From: Octopus sinensis
Taxonomy: Eukaryota
Assembly: GCF_006345805.1 (NCBI RefSeq)
Contig: NC_043006.1
Coordinates: 30,380,001-30,444,000 of the forward strand
Direction of reading: 5' to 3'
DNA: 64,000 nt
This document shows positions 39,701 to 51,611 of this stretch, piece by piece. How positions within the stretch are numbered: the stretch's first letter is position 1; the number at the start of each line of letters is the position of its first letter. The notes below the pieces were generated by a model. It ran no database searches. It was not told the DNA's origin and saw nothing but the letters and a program-made list of their open reading frames with translations. The position numbers and the translations under genes were made by a program.

Positions 39701-42504
39701 TATAATCTAACAATAGTTATTGGCAACAAACAAACTTTCTGTATTAAACGGCAGACATTTACTCTTCCTAAAAAGTATTAGCAATGAGAGTAAATAGTTA
39801 AGAAGAGAGGAAACATTAATGTGAGAACATTCTAGACAGTATGGTCTACACCAAACAGGGGTATTTTTTGGCAAGCGCCACATAACAGACATGACTCAAT
39901 GCCATGAGGGCCACATTATGACATCACTTAACATCAGGTGAGCCACACTATAAAAAAAATTGAAGGTAATTTATTGTTAGGCAAACCATTCAGAAAGTCC
40001 TAGGCTACATATGACCCCTTGGCCACAGTCTGCCCACAACTAGTCCCCACTGTTAACCAAGGTAACAATTCTAATGACAATACATTAGTTATTAACATAT
40101 GAAATGAATAAAAAAATATTTGAAAAAAGTGAAAGTCATTGTTATAAATGAATATGTAATACGAAAATACAAACTTACTTCATTTAATCCAATGCTGGCA
40201 GACGTATGTTTAACTAAAACAGAAAATAGCAAATATATCACATGCTGACAAACCACATCACCTTATAACTAATTCTGAGGCTTTTCTAACTAATATTTTC
40301 ATTAAAATCTGTTATAATCAAAGAAGTGTGAACAACTACATATTTTGTCCTCTGTTATTCAGTAAACAGAGTGTGCAAATATTTCGGGCCATTTCCATCT
40401 GCAGAACAGTCTTAATATGCTACATGTATAATGATGGTAAAGCAGAGACTACAATTTATAACAGATGCCTAAAGCTTTGGAATAACATTTGTGGATTGTC
40501 TCTCAATTCTCTCTTGTTTTTGTTTTCAATTTACTTAGATAAATGAGTGATAATTACAGATGCACTCACTCACTAATTATTGCAAACATAACAAATTTAT
40601 CAAGATTTGTAACTCTAATAATCAACTAAACAAACATGGAGTCTAAGAAAAACTTGAATCTTGATAATATTGATAAAATAGATGCAAGGTTAATTATACA
40701 TTTTAACTCAAAAATTGTTTGTAGATTTCATTAAGTCTAAACTTATTAAATCAAATCATTGAACCATTTGGCACTAATGCAATTATCAAAAGATACTCTA
40801 AATCCTACAGTTACAAACTGTTCAATTGAAAAATTACTGCTTTAAATATGTTGGATCTTTTCGGTTCGAACGTCAGATTTTAACATAATTTCTAGGTAAC
40901 TAAAAATTTTAAACTTTGCATACTGGTAGAATGTGCTTATAAAACATCATTTTCTCTTGGCTTTCTTGAGAAAATTCTGTAGTTTGTAACATATTTCGAC
41001 TTTAATTTCTTTCATTTCGGCAATTTTAACTAATCACTGGCGTCTATTGAGTTAAAAAGCATTCTGTGCTGTATGAATACGTCCCTCGTTTAAAAAACAC
41101 ATTGAAAAAACTGCCATTTTCTCAAGCAGTGTCATATGAAATTGTCACCCATAATTATGACCCCAGGATCGATCTATTGCATTTCAATCTGTTTTAGATT
41201 CAGGGTTAGGGTTAGTGGTGGGGGAAGGGTATCTTTCTTTTCTTCACAAATGTAAATAAACCCAATGTGTTTCTTAAACGAGGGACATATTCATACGGCA
41301 CAGAATGCTTTTTAACTCAATAGACGCCAGTGATTGGTTAAAATTGCCGAAATGCGAGAAATTAAAGACGAAATTTGTTACAAACTACAGAATTTTCTCA
41401 AGAAAGCCTATAGAAAATGATGTTTTATAAACACATTCTACCAGTATACGAAGTTTAAAATTTTTTAATTACCTAGAAATTATGTTAAAGTCCCACGTTC
41501 AAACCGAAAACGCACACTACCTGTTTTCGACGGTAACCCTAACCCTAAACACTGGGTGTGTTATTCTTCGTCGAGCACTGAATAAATTTGCCTGGCAGTG
41601 TCTTTTCTAGAGTTTCGTGTTATGAGTTCAACCACTGCAGAGGTCAACTTTGCCTTTTAACCTTTCGGGATCAATAAAGAATTAGTCCGGTTGTAAAGGA
41701 CTCTCTTTCTCTCTCTCCCAAGAATTGAGGGCCTCAGGTAATACAGGGTGGATGTTGCCATACAAAATCTGGTACACTCTCATCAAGAGCAGTGGTTAGA
41801 AATAGACTGGACAATGAAAAGAATCTATGTCCAGACAATTACACTGCCTCCCATACAATTGTCTTGCTCTTCTGAGGGCCCAATATGGTTCTCAACTAAG
41901 TGGGGACGTTGTATACACCTGGAACAACAGATCTTTTGCGCAGATTAAATCAAATGTGAAACTAATGCTCGTATTAAATATACGAGAGACGACATTCGTT
42001 CCATGCAAATAAATCCTCAATCATCGTATCGCCTGCATATCATGATATATTAAGAAAGTAAATAAACCAGTTCCCGGTTTCGACTGATTTATTTTAATTT
42101 CAACCCTTATCTCTTCTAATTCATTGAGTCACCGAAATAAAGTCACAGCAGAATTGACCTCTACGGCGAAAGATTGTAGGATTAGTATTTGAGAAAGCAA
42201 AGTTCACAAAACTGGGAAAAATCACTCGCATGTTTCTTCTTAAAGTCACATACGACTTAGTGTGATAAATAATTAATGTAAATAAAAATTCGTTCTTCGA
42301 GTACCTCCAAATAAAGATAGATGTATCGGTTTACTTAATGGAAAAATGTAAAACAATTTCAATCTTACTCAGAATATGAAGTAGGCCATGCTTTAAATTA
42401 CGGATCTCTGGCATAGAGTTTTCCACTTCGTTCTGAATGAGATGACATCCTCGCTTTTTGGGTGGAACAGAGATGACTCTTTGGTACCAAACTGGAACCG
42501 ACAT
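25632..42504 (-). CDS. yjbQ: UPF0047/YjbQ-family protein, complete, 145 aa, 7 exons: complement(join(25632-25678,32145-32262,35031-35072,35762-35801,37982-38001,40179-40213,42369-42504))
   Basis: Spliced product MSVPVWYQRVISVPPKKRGCHLIQNEVENSMPEIRNLKHGLLHILIKHTSASIGLNENWDSDVRVDMEMFLNRAIPENIPYKHSCEGPDDMPAHIKAAFIGSNLSIPVTEGKLNLGTWQGLWLFEHRDHASSRSLVLTLQGIPKS*; 438 nt, all GT-AG, phases consistent. Family motifs RGCH, HTSAS..NE, EGPDDMPAHIK, LGTWQG..EH. The symbol is the bacterial family name. Confidence 0.92.
27440..28735 (-). mobile_element. RTE LINE fragment: AP endonuclease domain and linker to RT
   Basis: ORF 28027-28713 with AYAPQ, AGDFNGHVG, NTKFRKP, QIDFIL, QHRLVISDF; downstream KAPGPSGI. 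Confidence 0.9.
28741..29990 (+). repeat. Diverged tandem array of four 230-360-bp units
   Basis: GATTTAA(G/A)TATCTC recurs near 28743, 29093, 29319 and 29677; (GA)TTGAAACCT recurs near 28952, 29298, 29532 and 29891. Confidence 0.75.
29694..31389. repeat. Arm A of a local inverted duplication (partner 50918-54645)
   Basis: Reverse-complement near-identity, e.g. ORFs 30031-30249(+) and 53680-53895(-) translate almost identically. Confidence 0.92.
31070..31805 (-). mobile_element. RTE LINE RT C-terminal fragment
   Basis: EKLEAVDSFHYL, RIRIIWAKFRELL, WYGHVLRM, GRSRPRKTW. Confidence 0.88.
32145..32262 (-). CDS. yjbQ: YjbQ-like exon 6 (118 nt, PAHIK...GTWQGLWLFEHRDHA)
   Basis: tcaacag| and |gtaagt. 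Confidence 0.93.
32430..33585 (+). mobile_element. RTE LINE RT C-terminal fragment plus 3' UTR
   Basis: EKLEVVDGFRYLGDQ, WYGHVLHM, GRGRLRKTW; family 3' UTR. Confidence 0.88.
35031..35072 (-). CDS. yjbQ: YjbQ-like exon 5 (42 nt, NIPYKHSCEGPDDM)
   Basis: ttctag| and |gtaaat. Confidence 0.9.
35762..35801 (-). CDS. yjbQ: YjbQ-like exon 4 (40 nt, VDMEMFLNRAIPE)
   Basis: gtatag| and |gtgagt. Confidence 0.88.
36150..36960 (-). mobile_element. Highly degenerate Ty3/gypsy pol (RT/RNase H) relic
   Basis: In-frame VLDKVSPEKRNWVILLVVEHKSDGDFRMCGDYKV (gypsy RT 'DG..R.CGDY'); later LEAVLGLIHFF and SDCLYSGCGNV resemble RT-connection and RNase H motifs; many stops. Confidence 0.55.
37982..38001 (-). CDS. 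yjbQ: YjbQ-like exon 3 (20-nt microexon, NWDSDV)
   Basis: ttgcag| and |gtaagt; required for the frame and for the family WD.DVR motif. Confidence 0.85.
38780..39240 (-). mobile_element. RTE 3' UTR fragment
   Basis: Same 3' UTR family as 22082, 33150 and 55200. Confidence 0.75.
40179..40213 (-). CDS. yjbQ: YjbQ-like exon 2 (35 nt, KHTSASIGLNE)
   Basis: ttttag| and |gtaagt. Confidence 0.9.
40853..41510. mobile_element. Foldback MITE with about 245-bp TIRs in YjbQ intron 1
   Basis: TTTTCGGTTCGAACG... (40858-41103) is the reverse complement of ...CGTTCAAACCGAAAA (about 41263-41510); no clear TSD. Confidence 0.8.
42369..42504 (-). CDS. yjbQ: YjbQ-like exon 1 (ATG, 136 nt)
   Basis: gcgaaaATG start, WYQR...RGCHL, donor gtaaga. 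Confidence 0.9.
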
Positions 42505-42912
42505 TTTCGCCGACGGTAAATTACGATTTATCTCCCTTTATTTCAATGCGGTTGTTTTCAAGGGAGATAACTTAAAGGTCTGCTTGCAAACTGTTGCACT
42601 TTATATATTTGGGACATTCTCAGCGATAGGGTGCCACTCTACCATTTCAAAGGCTGGCATTCTTATCTCTCTGGTGACAAGTTTTAGCCCACAACATCCG
42701 TTTTACTGCTATGTAGAAGTAATTTCTTTAGTTAATACATTGCCTGACAACTGTGGTGAGGTGAAAGTCTTCATTCCGTTCTGAAGTAATAACAATAATA
42801 ATGAATTGTTGTATACAGTGCTCAGGTGCACAATAACTAAAAGGAAAAACAAACAAACAAAAGCCATCAGGTTGGCGAATTGCAAGAAGCATGGACGTTT
42901 TGAAGGATGTAG

Positions 42913-43547
42913 GGCGATCTTTCGTCTCTAGTAGACCTTTCCGTCGATGATTTCCGTAAAAAACTTTTATTTTTTTACATATGGGCTTGCGGAAACATTT
43001 GAAGTAATGAGAGCGAAAGAGACTAAGAGGAAGCGATTTTATGACGATACATACACACACACACATACATGCAGACATACATATACACATACACCGAGTA
43101 AAAAATTACACTGAATCGGCCATATATACATACATACACACATACAGACACACACATACTTACACATAGATACATACACACATACATAGATACATACACA
43201 CACACACACACACACATACATGCATACATACATATACACATACACCGAGTAAAAAATTTCAGTTATCTCTCTTTCACACATTACTCTCTGTCTCTTCACA
43301 CACACTAACAGAAGCACTTCACTTACACAACATACTGTCTGTTTCCCACACCCCATCAAACACACACACACACATGTACATCAATGCTTCGGTAACTTCA
43401 AAGGAACTTCCCTCGTCATAAAATCGCTTCCTCTTAGTCTCTTTCGCTCTCATTACTTCAAATGTTCCTGCAAGCCCATATGTAAAAAAATAAAAGTTTT
43501 TTATGGAAATCATTGACGGAAAGGTCTACTACAAACGAAAGATTGCC
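42913..43547. mobile_element. Merlin-like MITE (635 bp, about 135-bp TIRs, 8-bp TSD)
   Basis: GGATGTAG direct repeats at 42905-42912 and 43548-43555; termini GGCGATC...GATTGCC. Confidence 0.75.
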
Positions 43548-43896
43548 GGATGTAGTATCTGAACAGCAATTCTGGGCGTGAAAAGTCATGGGTGCTGTGT
43601 TGTTTTTTTGTAAGTATGTCCATGAATGTTAGACATATAAAATTCAAAAAAGGCGACCAAGGTTGTTGTTGGAAAGATGGTGGATAATCTTGTGAGTGTC
43701 TACCAAGTCAGTTGCCAGATAATCGGAGCTTTAAAGAAGACATTCTAATCTATACCCACCTACTCACCCAAACCACACTCAATTACAAAATTTTGCATGT
43801 AATTCCAATAATGCCGTGAATTCCACCACTTTATACGTGCTGAAGACTTTTGCCATTCAAGAAATGTCCGGGCTAATGTAGAGTCGCCCCTGTCCT

Positions 43897-44181
43897 TGCA
43901 AAAAAAAACCCCACATTTTCAAATTCACCCTCCCCACAAAAAAATTAAATTTTGAACTTTTTCGAATTTTTTTTATACTACCTTTTCCAAATTTAAAATC
44001 CCTACCTCAACTTCCCCTTCCTCCAAATTTTAAATCTTCTCTTTGAAAAATTAAACATTTGGAGGAAGGACAGGGTGAGGTGGGGATTTTAAATTTGGAA
44101 AAGGTGGTTTAAAAAAAAAATTTTGTAAAATTTGGGTCGGTGGGGTAAAGAAATTTGAAAAGGTGCGGGGTTTTTTTGGAA
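43897..44181. repeat. Imperfect palindrome/foldback element (about 125-bp arms)
   Basis: CCTTTTCCAAATTTAAAATCC...CTTCCTCCAAAT versus ATTTGGAGGAAG...GGATTTTAAATTTGGAAAAGG. Confidence 0.65.
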
Positions 44182-46091
44182 TATTTGTAATCTCCAACAT
44201 CTAAAACCTAGGAATCTGAAAAAAGAAATTTTTTTAAATCCATTTTTCAAGGAGAAGTACAATTCTGCATTAGGCCCAAAATGTCAAAACTTCCTTTTAC
44301 ATCACTCTTGTTCAGATATTTTCTTTGTCTAATAAACTGTAACGACAACATTTGTTGTTTTGTTTGTTTTTGTACAAAAAGAATAAAATTTTGATTTTCA
44401 AAAATCTCCACAGACTCCAGCGATCTTTTTCGTACAAAACTAATGTTATCATCACCTGCTACAACCATCACCATTGTCATTTTAATGTTCAGCTGGGCTA
44501 AGAAGCATTCTTAGCAAAGAACAACTGATTTTGATGAAAGGGCAAAGGGACCCAGTGTGAAATCGATCACTGATGATTTTAGATCAGAAGTAATTACAAA
44601 GTTGAAATTACTTTATCTCTTTGTAGTTTTGTTTTGAAAATAACTTGCTATACAAGTTTATATTGATTGTAATATTAAAAACCCAAACAGAATACAGCAA
44701 CATCATCATTACCTTAGTTGAACATTCTCCTGAATTCCTCTCTGGCATATTTTCATTCATATATTCAATGTTCTTTCTCCTGGGGTACCTAATTTTCTAG
44801 CTTAAAGTCTGATCTAACTCTCTTGTGTTTGTGTTGTGCTAGGATTTCTCAAGTTAAATTAAATTACTTATATTTAATTTCAGTTCACAAATATTTTTAA
44901 ATGCACAATAATTGAATTGACTCCAAAATATTACTGGTGCCTATTTTAAGCAATCAAAGATGTAACAAGACAAATCAACCTTGTTGTGACCAGAACTCAA
45001 TATAGAAAGACAAAACAAATGCATTGAAGTTGATTCTCTAACTTCTTAACTCTATGCAAAGCCCACATCTCAGACCCCTTATTTTATGGTTTACTCAAAA
45101 AAGAAAGGGTTACAGTCCATAGATTTTTACAGCATTTCTGAGACTTGGTTCCACAGTTCACAACAGAGCTAACTCCTCTATAGAGATGTTGGTGTTACAT
45201 TTGAGGAATGAATTAATTCTACAACCCAACAAGAACAGTTCCTCCAACAGATTTACATTGTTTCTGTCAACCAAATTTCTCTTGTAAAACAAAATGAATG
45301 AATGAACCCTATAACTTCCTCATCACCCCTCCTATACCTTGTGCCTTATCCCCACCACTTCTGATCTATCCTCCTTCCTCCCCTTTCCATACTGATATTC
45401 CCCATACCACCACCCTTATTCATTACCCACTGTATTCACTTCTACCCCCTCTTTAACCATCTCTTACTCCTCCCTTCACCCTCTTATGAATGTACTCTCC
45501 TCCACTGCCTGCCTCTCATCTCTTATGCACACTTTCTTGTACCTGGACAGTTTGCTCTGGCATTCCCTCACTCCCATCTACTTCCACTCACCTCTATATC
45601 AAGTGGAGAGTAGCCATGTATCTCCTCCATAGCAGGACACTTATGCTTGTCCCTCTATCATACTTTAACCTTTCAACTGGCATAAAAACCACCGCCTCCC
45701 CGCTGTCAAATACTTCACCCACCCATTCCCACTCAGTAGGAAGAGATTTTGTCTTGCAATTTACTTACCAACCTCACTAGCACCAGTGGCAAGAGAACAA
45801 CCACCCAGTAACACTTTGCAAAATGGTTGGTTTTAAGGAAGGGCATCCAGCTATAGAAACTGTGCCCAAGCTGTATGATGCAGGACATCAGTCCAGCGCA
45901 GCGTTTCTCAAGAAACAGGAAGAAAGAGTGAGAGAAAGTTGGGGTGAAAGAGTACAACAGGGGTCAGCACCACCCCCTGCTGGAGCCTCAGGTGTTTTCG
46001 CTCAATAAACACACAACGCCCGGTCTGGGAATTGAAACTGCGATCATCCGACCGCGAGTCCACTGCCCTAACCACTAGGCCATTGCGCCTC

Positions 46092-46128
<37 letters not shown>

Positions 46129-46679
46129 GCTACACTCTCGGAGTGGTTGGCGTTAGGAAGGGCATCCAGCTGTAGAAACACTGCCAGATCAGACTGGCCT
46201 GGTGCAGCCTTCGGGCTTGCCAGACCCCAGTTGAACCGTCCAACCCATGCTAGCATGGAAAGCGGACGTTAAACGATGATGATGATGATTTAAGAGAGAG
46301 ACAGAGACACTGCTTCACATAAAATCACTTATACACATACATACATGTATATATATATTTGTATCACATCTAAACTAACTATGATTTAACCATCCTCTCA
46401 CACCATCTCCAATGAAGGGATATAATTAATAAATATCCTGGAAACAGCTGTAAGACCTATCTATAAATGTTCTAATATCTACACAGCCTTGGTCTTTTAT
46501 CTCATTACGCAAAAATTCTGATATATATATGTGTGTGTGTGTGTGTGTTTAAAATCATATATACACCAACTTTCACTAACAGAACTAATTATAACAATAT
46601 AAGCAGCTGCATTGGTGGCATTTAAACAAAAGACTCAGACATTCAATGAACGGGAGGAAAAAATTATTAAAAGATTTAA

Positions 46680-46890
46680 CCATTTAGCATTTAAAACCAG
46701 CCATATCTGGCCTTAATATTCTGACTATTTTAAGATCAACCTGACCAGATCTGGCCTCTCTTACCTATCTGTCACTCTAAAAACAAATAATTACATCATT
46801 GAAATCTGAAAGTTGTGAAATAATGCATAATTCAGAACAAAGTGGATGAAAAAGCATAGTATTTGAGAGAGAAATCTGAATGCTGAAGGG
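46680..46890 (+). mobile_element. piggyBac-type MITE; related copies at 60544-60729 and about 16795-17015
   Basis: TTAA|CC(A/C)TTTAGCATT ... AATGCTGAAGGG|TTGA termini. Confidence 0.6.
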
Positions 46891-47067
46891 TTGAAGATAT
46901 AAAAATGAATAACAGAAGCAGACTCTTGCCTGGGGTTAGAATTTCAAAATTAGCAGTTAACCGAACTTCTCTATTTTTTATAGAAATTAAAAGTAATAAT
47001 TTTGTGATGGCAATCAATTATCATCTCATTTCATTTATTGAAAAGTGATGGAGTGGAGAGTAAAATT

Positions 47068-47212
47068 TGGCCGTTCTATATGTAGATAAGGTGTAGGTAG
47101 GAACTTTATATGGTGTATTCAAGGCAGACTATGGACACTAAGAAGTGCAGTGGAATCACAGGAAGGTTAACAGAGAAAGTAGAATATGTAGCAGATACAT
47201 AGATGTAATAAA
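47068..47212 (+). repeat. 145-bp near-identical copy of 58076-58220
   Basis: One mismatch in 145 nt by direct comparison. Confidence 0.9.
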
Positions 47213-49329
47213 ATTGCCCCCTTGCAACCAAAACAACCTTCCATTCTTCCATCTATGGAATTGTGAATTTGATAATGCTCCACTCCAATCTATATATAAT
47301 GCCTGAAGTTTTCACTTTGAGGACATCTTTTCTTTTAAATATGTAATGCAAACATAACTGTGTTTTAATTTAATCGATTCTGATCAAAGTTTTCCAAGTT
47401 ACCAAATTCATTTTTTATCAACATCTTTTATAGGTGCAAGCACGGCTATGTGGTGAGAAGTTTGCTTCCCAACCATATGGTTCTGGCTTCAGTCCCACTG
47501 CATGGCACCTTGGACAAATCATCACCCATACTGGCACAGGTTGGATGGTTTGACCAGGGCTGGTAAGCTGCACCAGACTTCTGTCTGATTTGCCATGGTT
47601 TTCTACAGCTGGATGTCCTTCCTAATGCCAATCACTCTGAGAGTGTAATGGGTACTTTTACATGTCACTGGCATGGGTGTCATTTGCGTGACACCAGTAT
47701 CTGCGATGACTGCGATTTTGCACGGCTTCTTCTCAAGCATGACATAATGCCAAAGGTCTCATTCATTGCCTCTGTGAGGCACAATACTCAAAAAGAACTC
47801 AACCACTTTGTCCCTGTGAGGCCCAATGCTCAAAAGGTGCTCTTTACATGCCAGTTACATGATACCAGCATCAGCCATGACTAGTTTCACTTGGCTTGAC
47901 CAGTCAAGTGAAACTGTAAATGTCTTCTATAAGTCTCTGGCCAAACATGACCTTGTTAGTGGATTTGGTAGATGGAAACTGAAAGAAGCCTGCTGTATAT
48001 ATATGTGTCTTTATATCATCTATGTTTGTCCCCCACCACCACTTGACAACCAATGTTGGTGTGTTTACACCCCCATAACTTAGAGGTTAAAAAAAAACAA
48101 AAAAGTATTGGGGTTGATCCATTCATCTAAAATCTCTTGAAAGCAGTGCCCCAACATGGTCGCAGTCTAATAATGACTGAAATAAGTAAAAGATAAAAGA
48201 TCTCCAGGTAATCTCAACCTCATCTTCAGGATGTGTGTGTGTGTGTGTGTCTCTTTCTTTCTCTCATTGTTCAGTAGTTTTGTCATGTGGGAAGATCAGT
48301 AGAACTTACTTCAACAGCAAATTATGGCTGGCAACAGGAAAGGCCTCTGTCCACAGATTTCTCTCTGTATAAGCCTTATCCAACGAATGCTAGCATCATA
48401 AAAGTAGAAATGAAGGCAAATATATTGAAGCAATTCCCACCTGACAACAATGAGGCAACACCACAGACTTTCTGTTGAAAGATATTGTAAGCTGTTTCCA
48501 TATATGGAAATAAGTTTACAGTACCATATTGGATCACGAATAAGTTTTGTCCTTAGTTTCGAGTTTCTAGCTAAATTGCAACAGCAATGACAAGGGGAGT
48601 TTTCCCTCTTCCTAGATTTAAAGGTGCACAGACGTTAATTGTAACAAACCACCAAATCTTTTAGTAACAAGTCCCATATAGTTCTTTTGGACACCACCAG
48701 GTAGAGTAAATGATACTCATTTGTACTAATCCTTTTGAGAGAGAATCTACTTTCAGCAGACAAAAAGATTGATTTCAATAGTTGTAAAATAGCTGTTAGG
48801 ACGGGTCTGTGCAGATGTGTGATTTTAACAGCACTGTATGATAGAAGAAAACTTATTCTGCATCAAAAGCTTATGGTTCCATACATTGATCCAAAGTTGT
48901 GTCTTAAATGTAAAAGGAAATTCCTAGCTTTGGAGACAGTTGTTTTGGTGAGGAATCTAAATCTAATTATTTTCATAGGGTATTATTGGATTTGCTGCTC
49001 CTGGCTAGCACCTTGTTATAAAAGGGAGCTGCTTTCTTGAAAATTTCCTTATCTGAGATTCTCCTAATTATATTAACTAATTAATTAAAGCAGAGTGATG
49101 ATTGGATTTTTGTGAATATATGTAGTTGCATTGTTTGTCTTCCTAGAGGGAAGGTGTTTAGCAAATAAACAGTTAATTAATTTGATAATGAGCAAAAACT
49201 CGTCTTCAAAAAATTTTTTTTGTTTAATAGTAAAGTAAAGAGGGTTTAAGTAAAGCTTTAACAAACTTAAAAGAGTGTGAATGGAATTTGTATGGAGATC
49301 TCTCTATTTATCTACACACACATGTATAT

Positions 49330-51150
49330 GCATAGTTGACAGGGCCATTAGGGAAAAGAAACAAGCATGGAAGGACTGGAAGTGTGGTGGTAGCAGGGAA
49401 TTGTATCAGATTGCTGAAAGGGAAGCTAGGAGACAGGTTTGCTTAGCTAGAAGGGGAGCAGATAAGGAAAAAATTTGCCAATGATCTGCGTTATGAGGAC
49501 CAGAGACTCAAAGTGTTTCGTACTGCAAGACAGTATGTAAGAGAGAATCATGATGCTATAGGAGAGAAATGTGTCTGCATGGATGATGGCTCATTTGCAT
49601 ATAATGAGGTGCAAAGAGTGACTTGGAGACACCATTATGAAAGGTTGCTAAATGAAGAGAATGAATGGGAGAAAGAGAGCCTGCCGAATGTCAATCCAAC
49701 AGAAGGACCAGCTATTTGAATTGACAGTACCTTGGTAGATAAAACAGTTAAGGGTAGGAAGACAGGAAAAGCCCCTGGCCCATCAGGAATCACTGTTGAG
49801 ATGCTTAAAATATCTGGTGGTGTAGACTATAGTCTAGTCACCCGTACAGTTAACCAGGTGATACATGAAGGAGTCATACCCAATGACTGGTGTAGCAGCA
49901 CCATGGTCAACTGCTACAAAGGTAAAGGTGACATATTAGACAGATATCATTGCAGAGGTATCAAATTGTTGGATCAGGTGATGAAAGTCAAAGAGAGGGT
50001 CATAGTCCAACTAATTAAGGAGAGAGTTAGTTTAGATGAGATGCAGTTTGGTTTTGTGTCAGGGAGAACCACCACCGATGCTATATTTCTGGTAAGACAG
50101 CTGCAGGAGAAATTTCTAGCCAAAGATAAACCCTGTACTTGGCTTTTGTTGATGTGGAGAAATTCTTTGAAAGGATCATCTGATCCCTTATCTGGTGATC
50201 AATACAAAAGCTAAGGATAGATGATTGGTTGGTGAGAGCTGTTCAAGCCATGTACAGGGACGATGTCAGTAAGGTGAGGGTTGGCAATGAGTACAGTGAA
50301 GCATTCTGGGTAGGGGCATGGGTTCACCAAGGATCAGTCCTCAGCCCCCTCTTATTCATCATGGTCCTCCAGGCAATAACAGAGGAATTCAAGACAGGAT
50401 GCCCCTGGGAGCTCCTCTATGCTCAGTCACTATCAGAATTAGAGGAGAAGTTTCATGTATGGAAGCAAGGTCTAGAATTGAGGGGCCTTACAGTCAATCT
50501 AGAAAAAAACCAAAGTTTTAAGAAATATCAAAGGAAGGCTAGCTGGGAAGATAGTTATTGTGTGTGGCAAATTCTCATGGGCAATAAACACTGAAAATGT
50601 GCAGGAAACAGCTTCCATTACTTAGGTGACCAAGTCAGTAACAGGGGTGGATGCTATGAGAGTGTAACTAGATAGTACCTCTGCTGGTGACAAAAGGCCT
50701 CTCGCTCAGAGTAAAAGGTAGACTGTATGACGCATGTGTACGAACAGCCATACTACATTGCAGTGAAAAATGGGCTGTGACTGCTGAGGACATGTGTAAG
50801 CTCGCAAGGAATGAAGCCAGTATGCTCCGATGGATGTGTAATGCCAGTGTGCATACTCGACAAAGTGTTAGTGCCCTGAGAGAAAAGTTGGACCTAAAAA
50901 GCATCAGATGTGGTGTGCAAGAGAGACGACTGTGCTGGTATGGCCATGTGTTGCGAATGAATGAGGACAGCTGTGTGAAGAAGTGTCACACCCTAGTAGT
51001 TGAGAAAACCTGTGGAAGAAGTAGACCCAGGAAGACCTGGGATGAGGTGGTGAAGCACGACCTTCAAACATTGGGCCTTACTGAAGCAATGACTTGTGAC
51101 CGGGACCTTTGGAAATATGCTGTGCTTGAGAAGACCCATCAAGCCAAGTG
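49330..51150 (+). mobile_element. RTE LINE RT region (pseudogenised)
   Basis: GKAPGPSGI, QFGFVSGRTTTDAIF, QGSVLSPLLF; catalytic YADD truncated by a deletion (ELLYA|QSLSE); several frameshifts and stops. Confidence 0.92.
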
Positions 51151-51611
51151 AGACCATAGCTCATGGCCTATGCCAGTGGGTGTAACCAGCCCATTTATGA
51201 ATACCCCTCATTCATTGGACAATAAACCTTGCTTGTGAAGACATTGAGGCAAGTGAAATCAAAATCAAAATTACTGATGCGGCTGATGGCAGTACCACCT
51301 GATTGGCACTCATGCCAGTGGAACATTAAAAGTACATCCGAATGTGGGGTATAACCGGCCCACTTATGAGTACCACTCATTCATTGGACAATGAACTTTG
51401 CTTGCAAAGACCTATTGAGGCAAGTGTAAACAAATCAAAATTGCTGACAAGTCTTTCTGTTATTTCATTTATTGCTTTTATCAAATAACCAAGTTAAGAG
51501 AAAGGTAGACAAACAGACAAGATGGATGGATGGAGAGGTAGTCAGACAGACAGATACATAGATAGACAGGCAGCAGACAGACAGACAGATAGACATATAT
51601 ATATATATATA

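Noticed and set aside
41205-41555. TTAGGG/CCCTAA telomere-like hexamers
   Set aside because: Only 2-3 units within or beside a MITE; not an interstitial telomere array.
44712-44790. Minus-strand open segment ending at GTAATG as a possible extra YjbQ exon
   Set aside because: Weak acceptor, no family similarity, and the CDS is already complete from the ATG at 42504.
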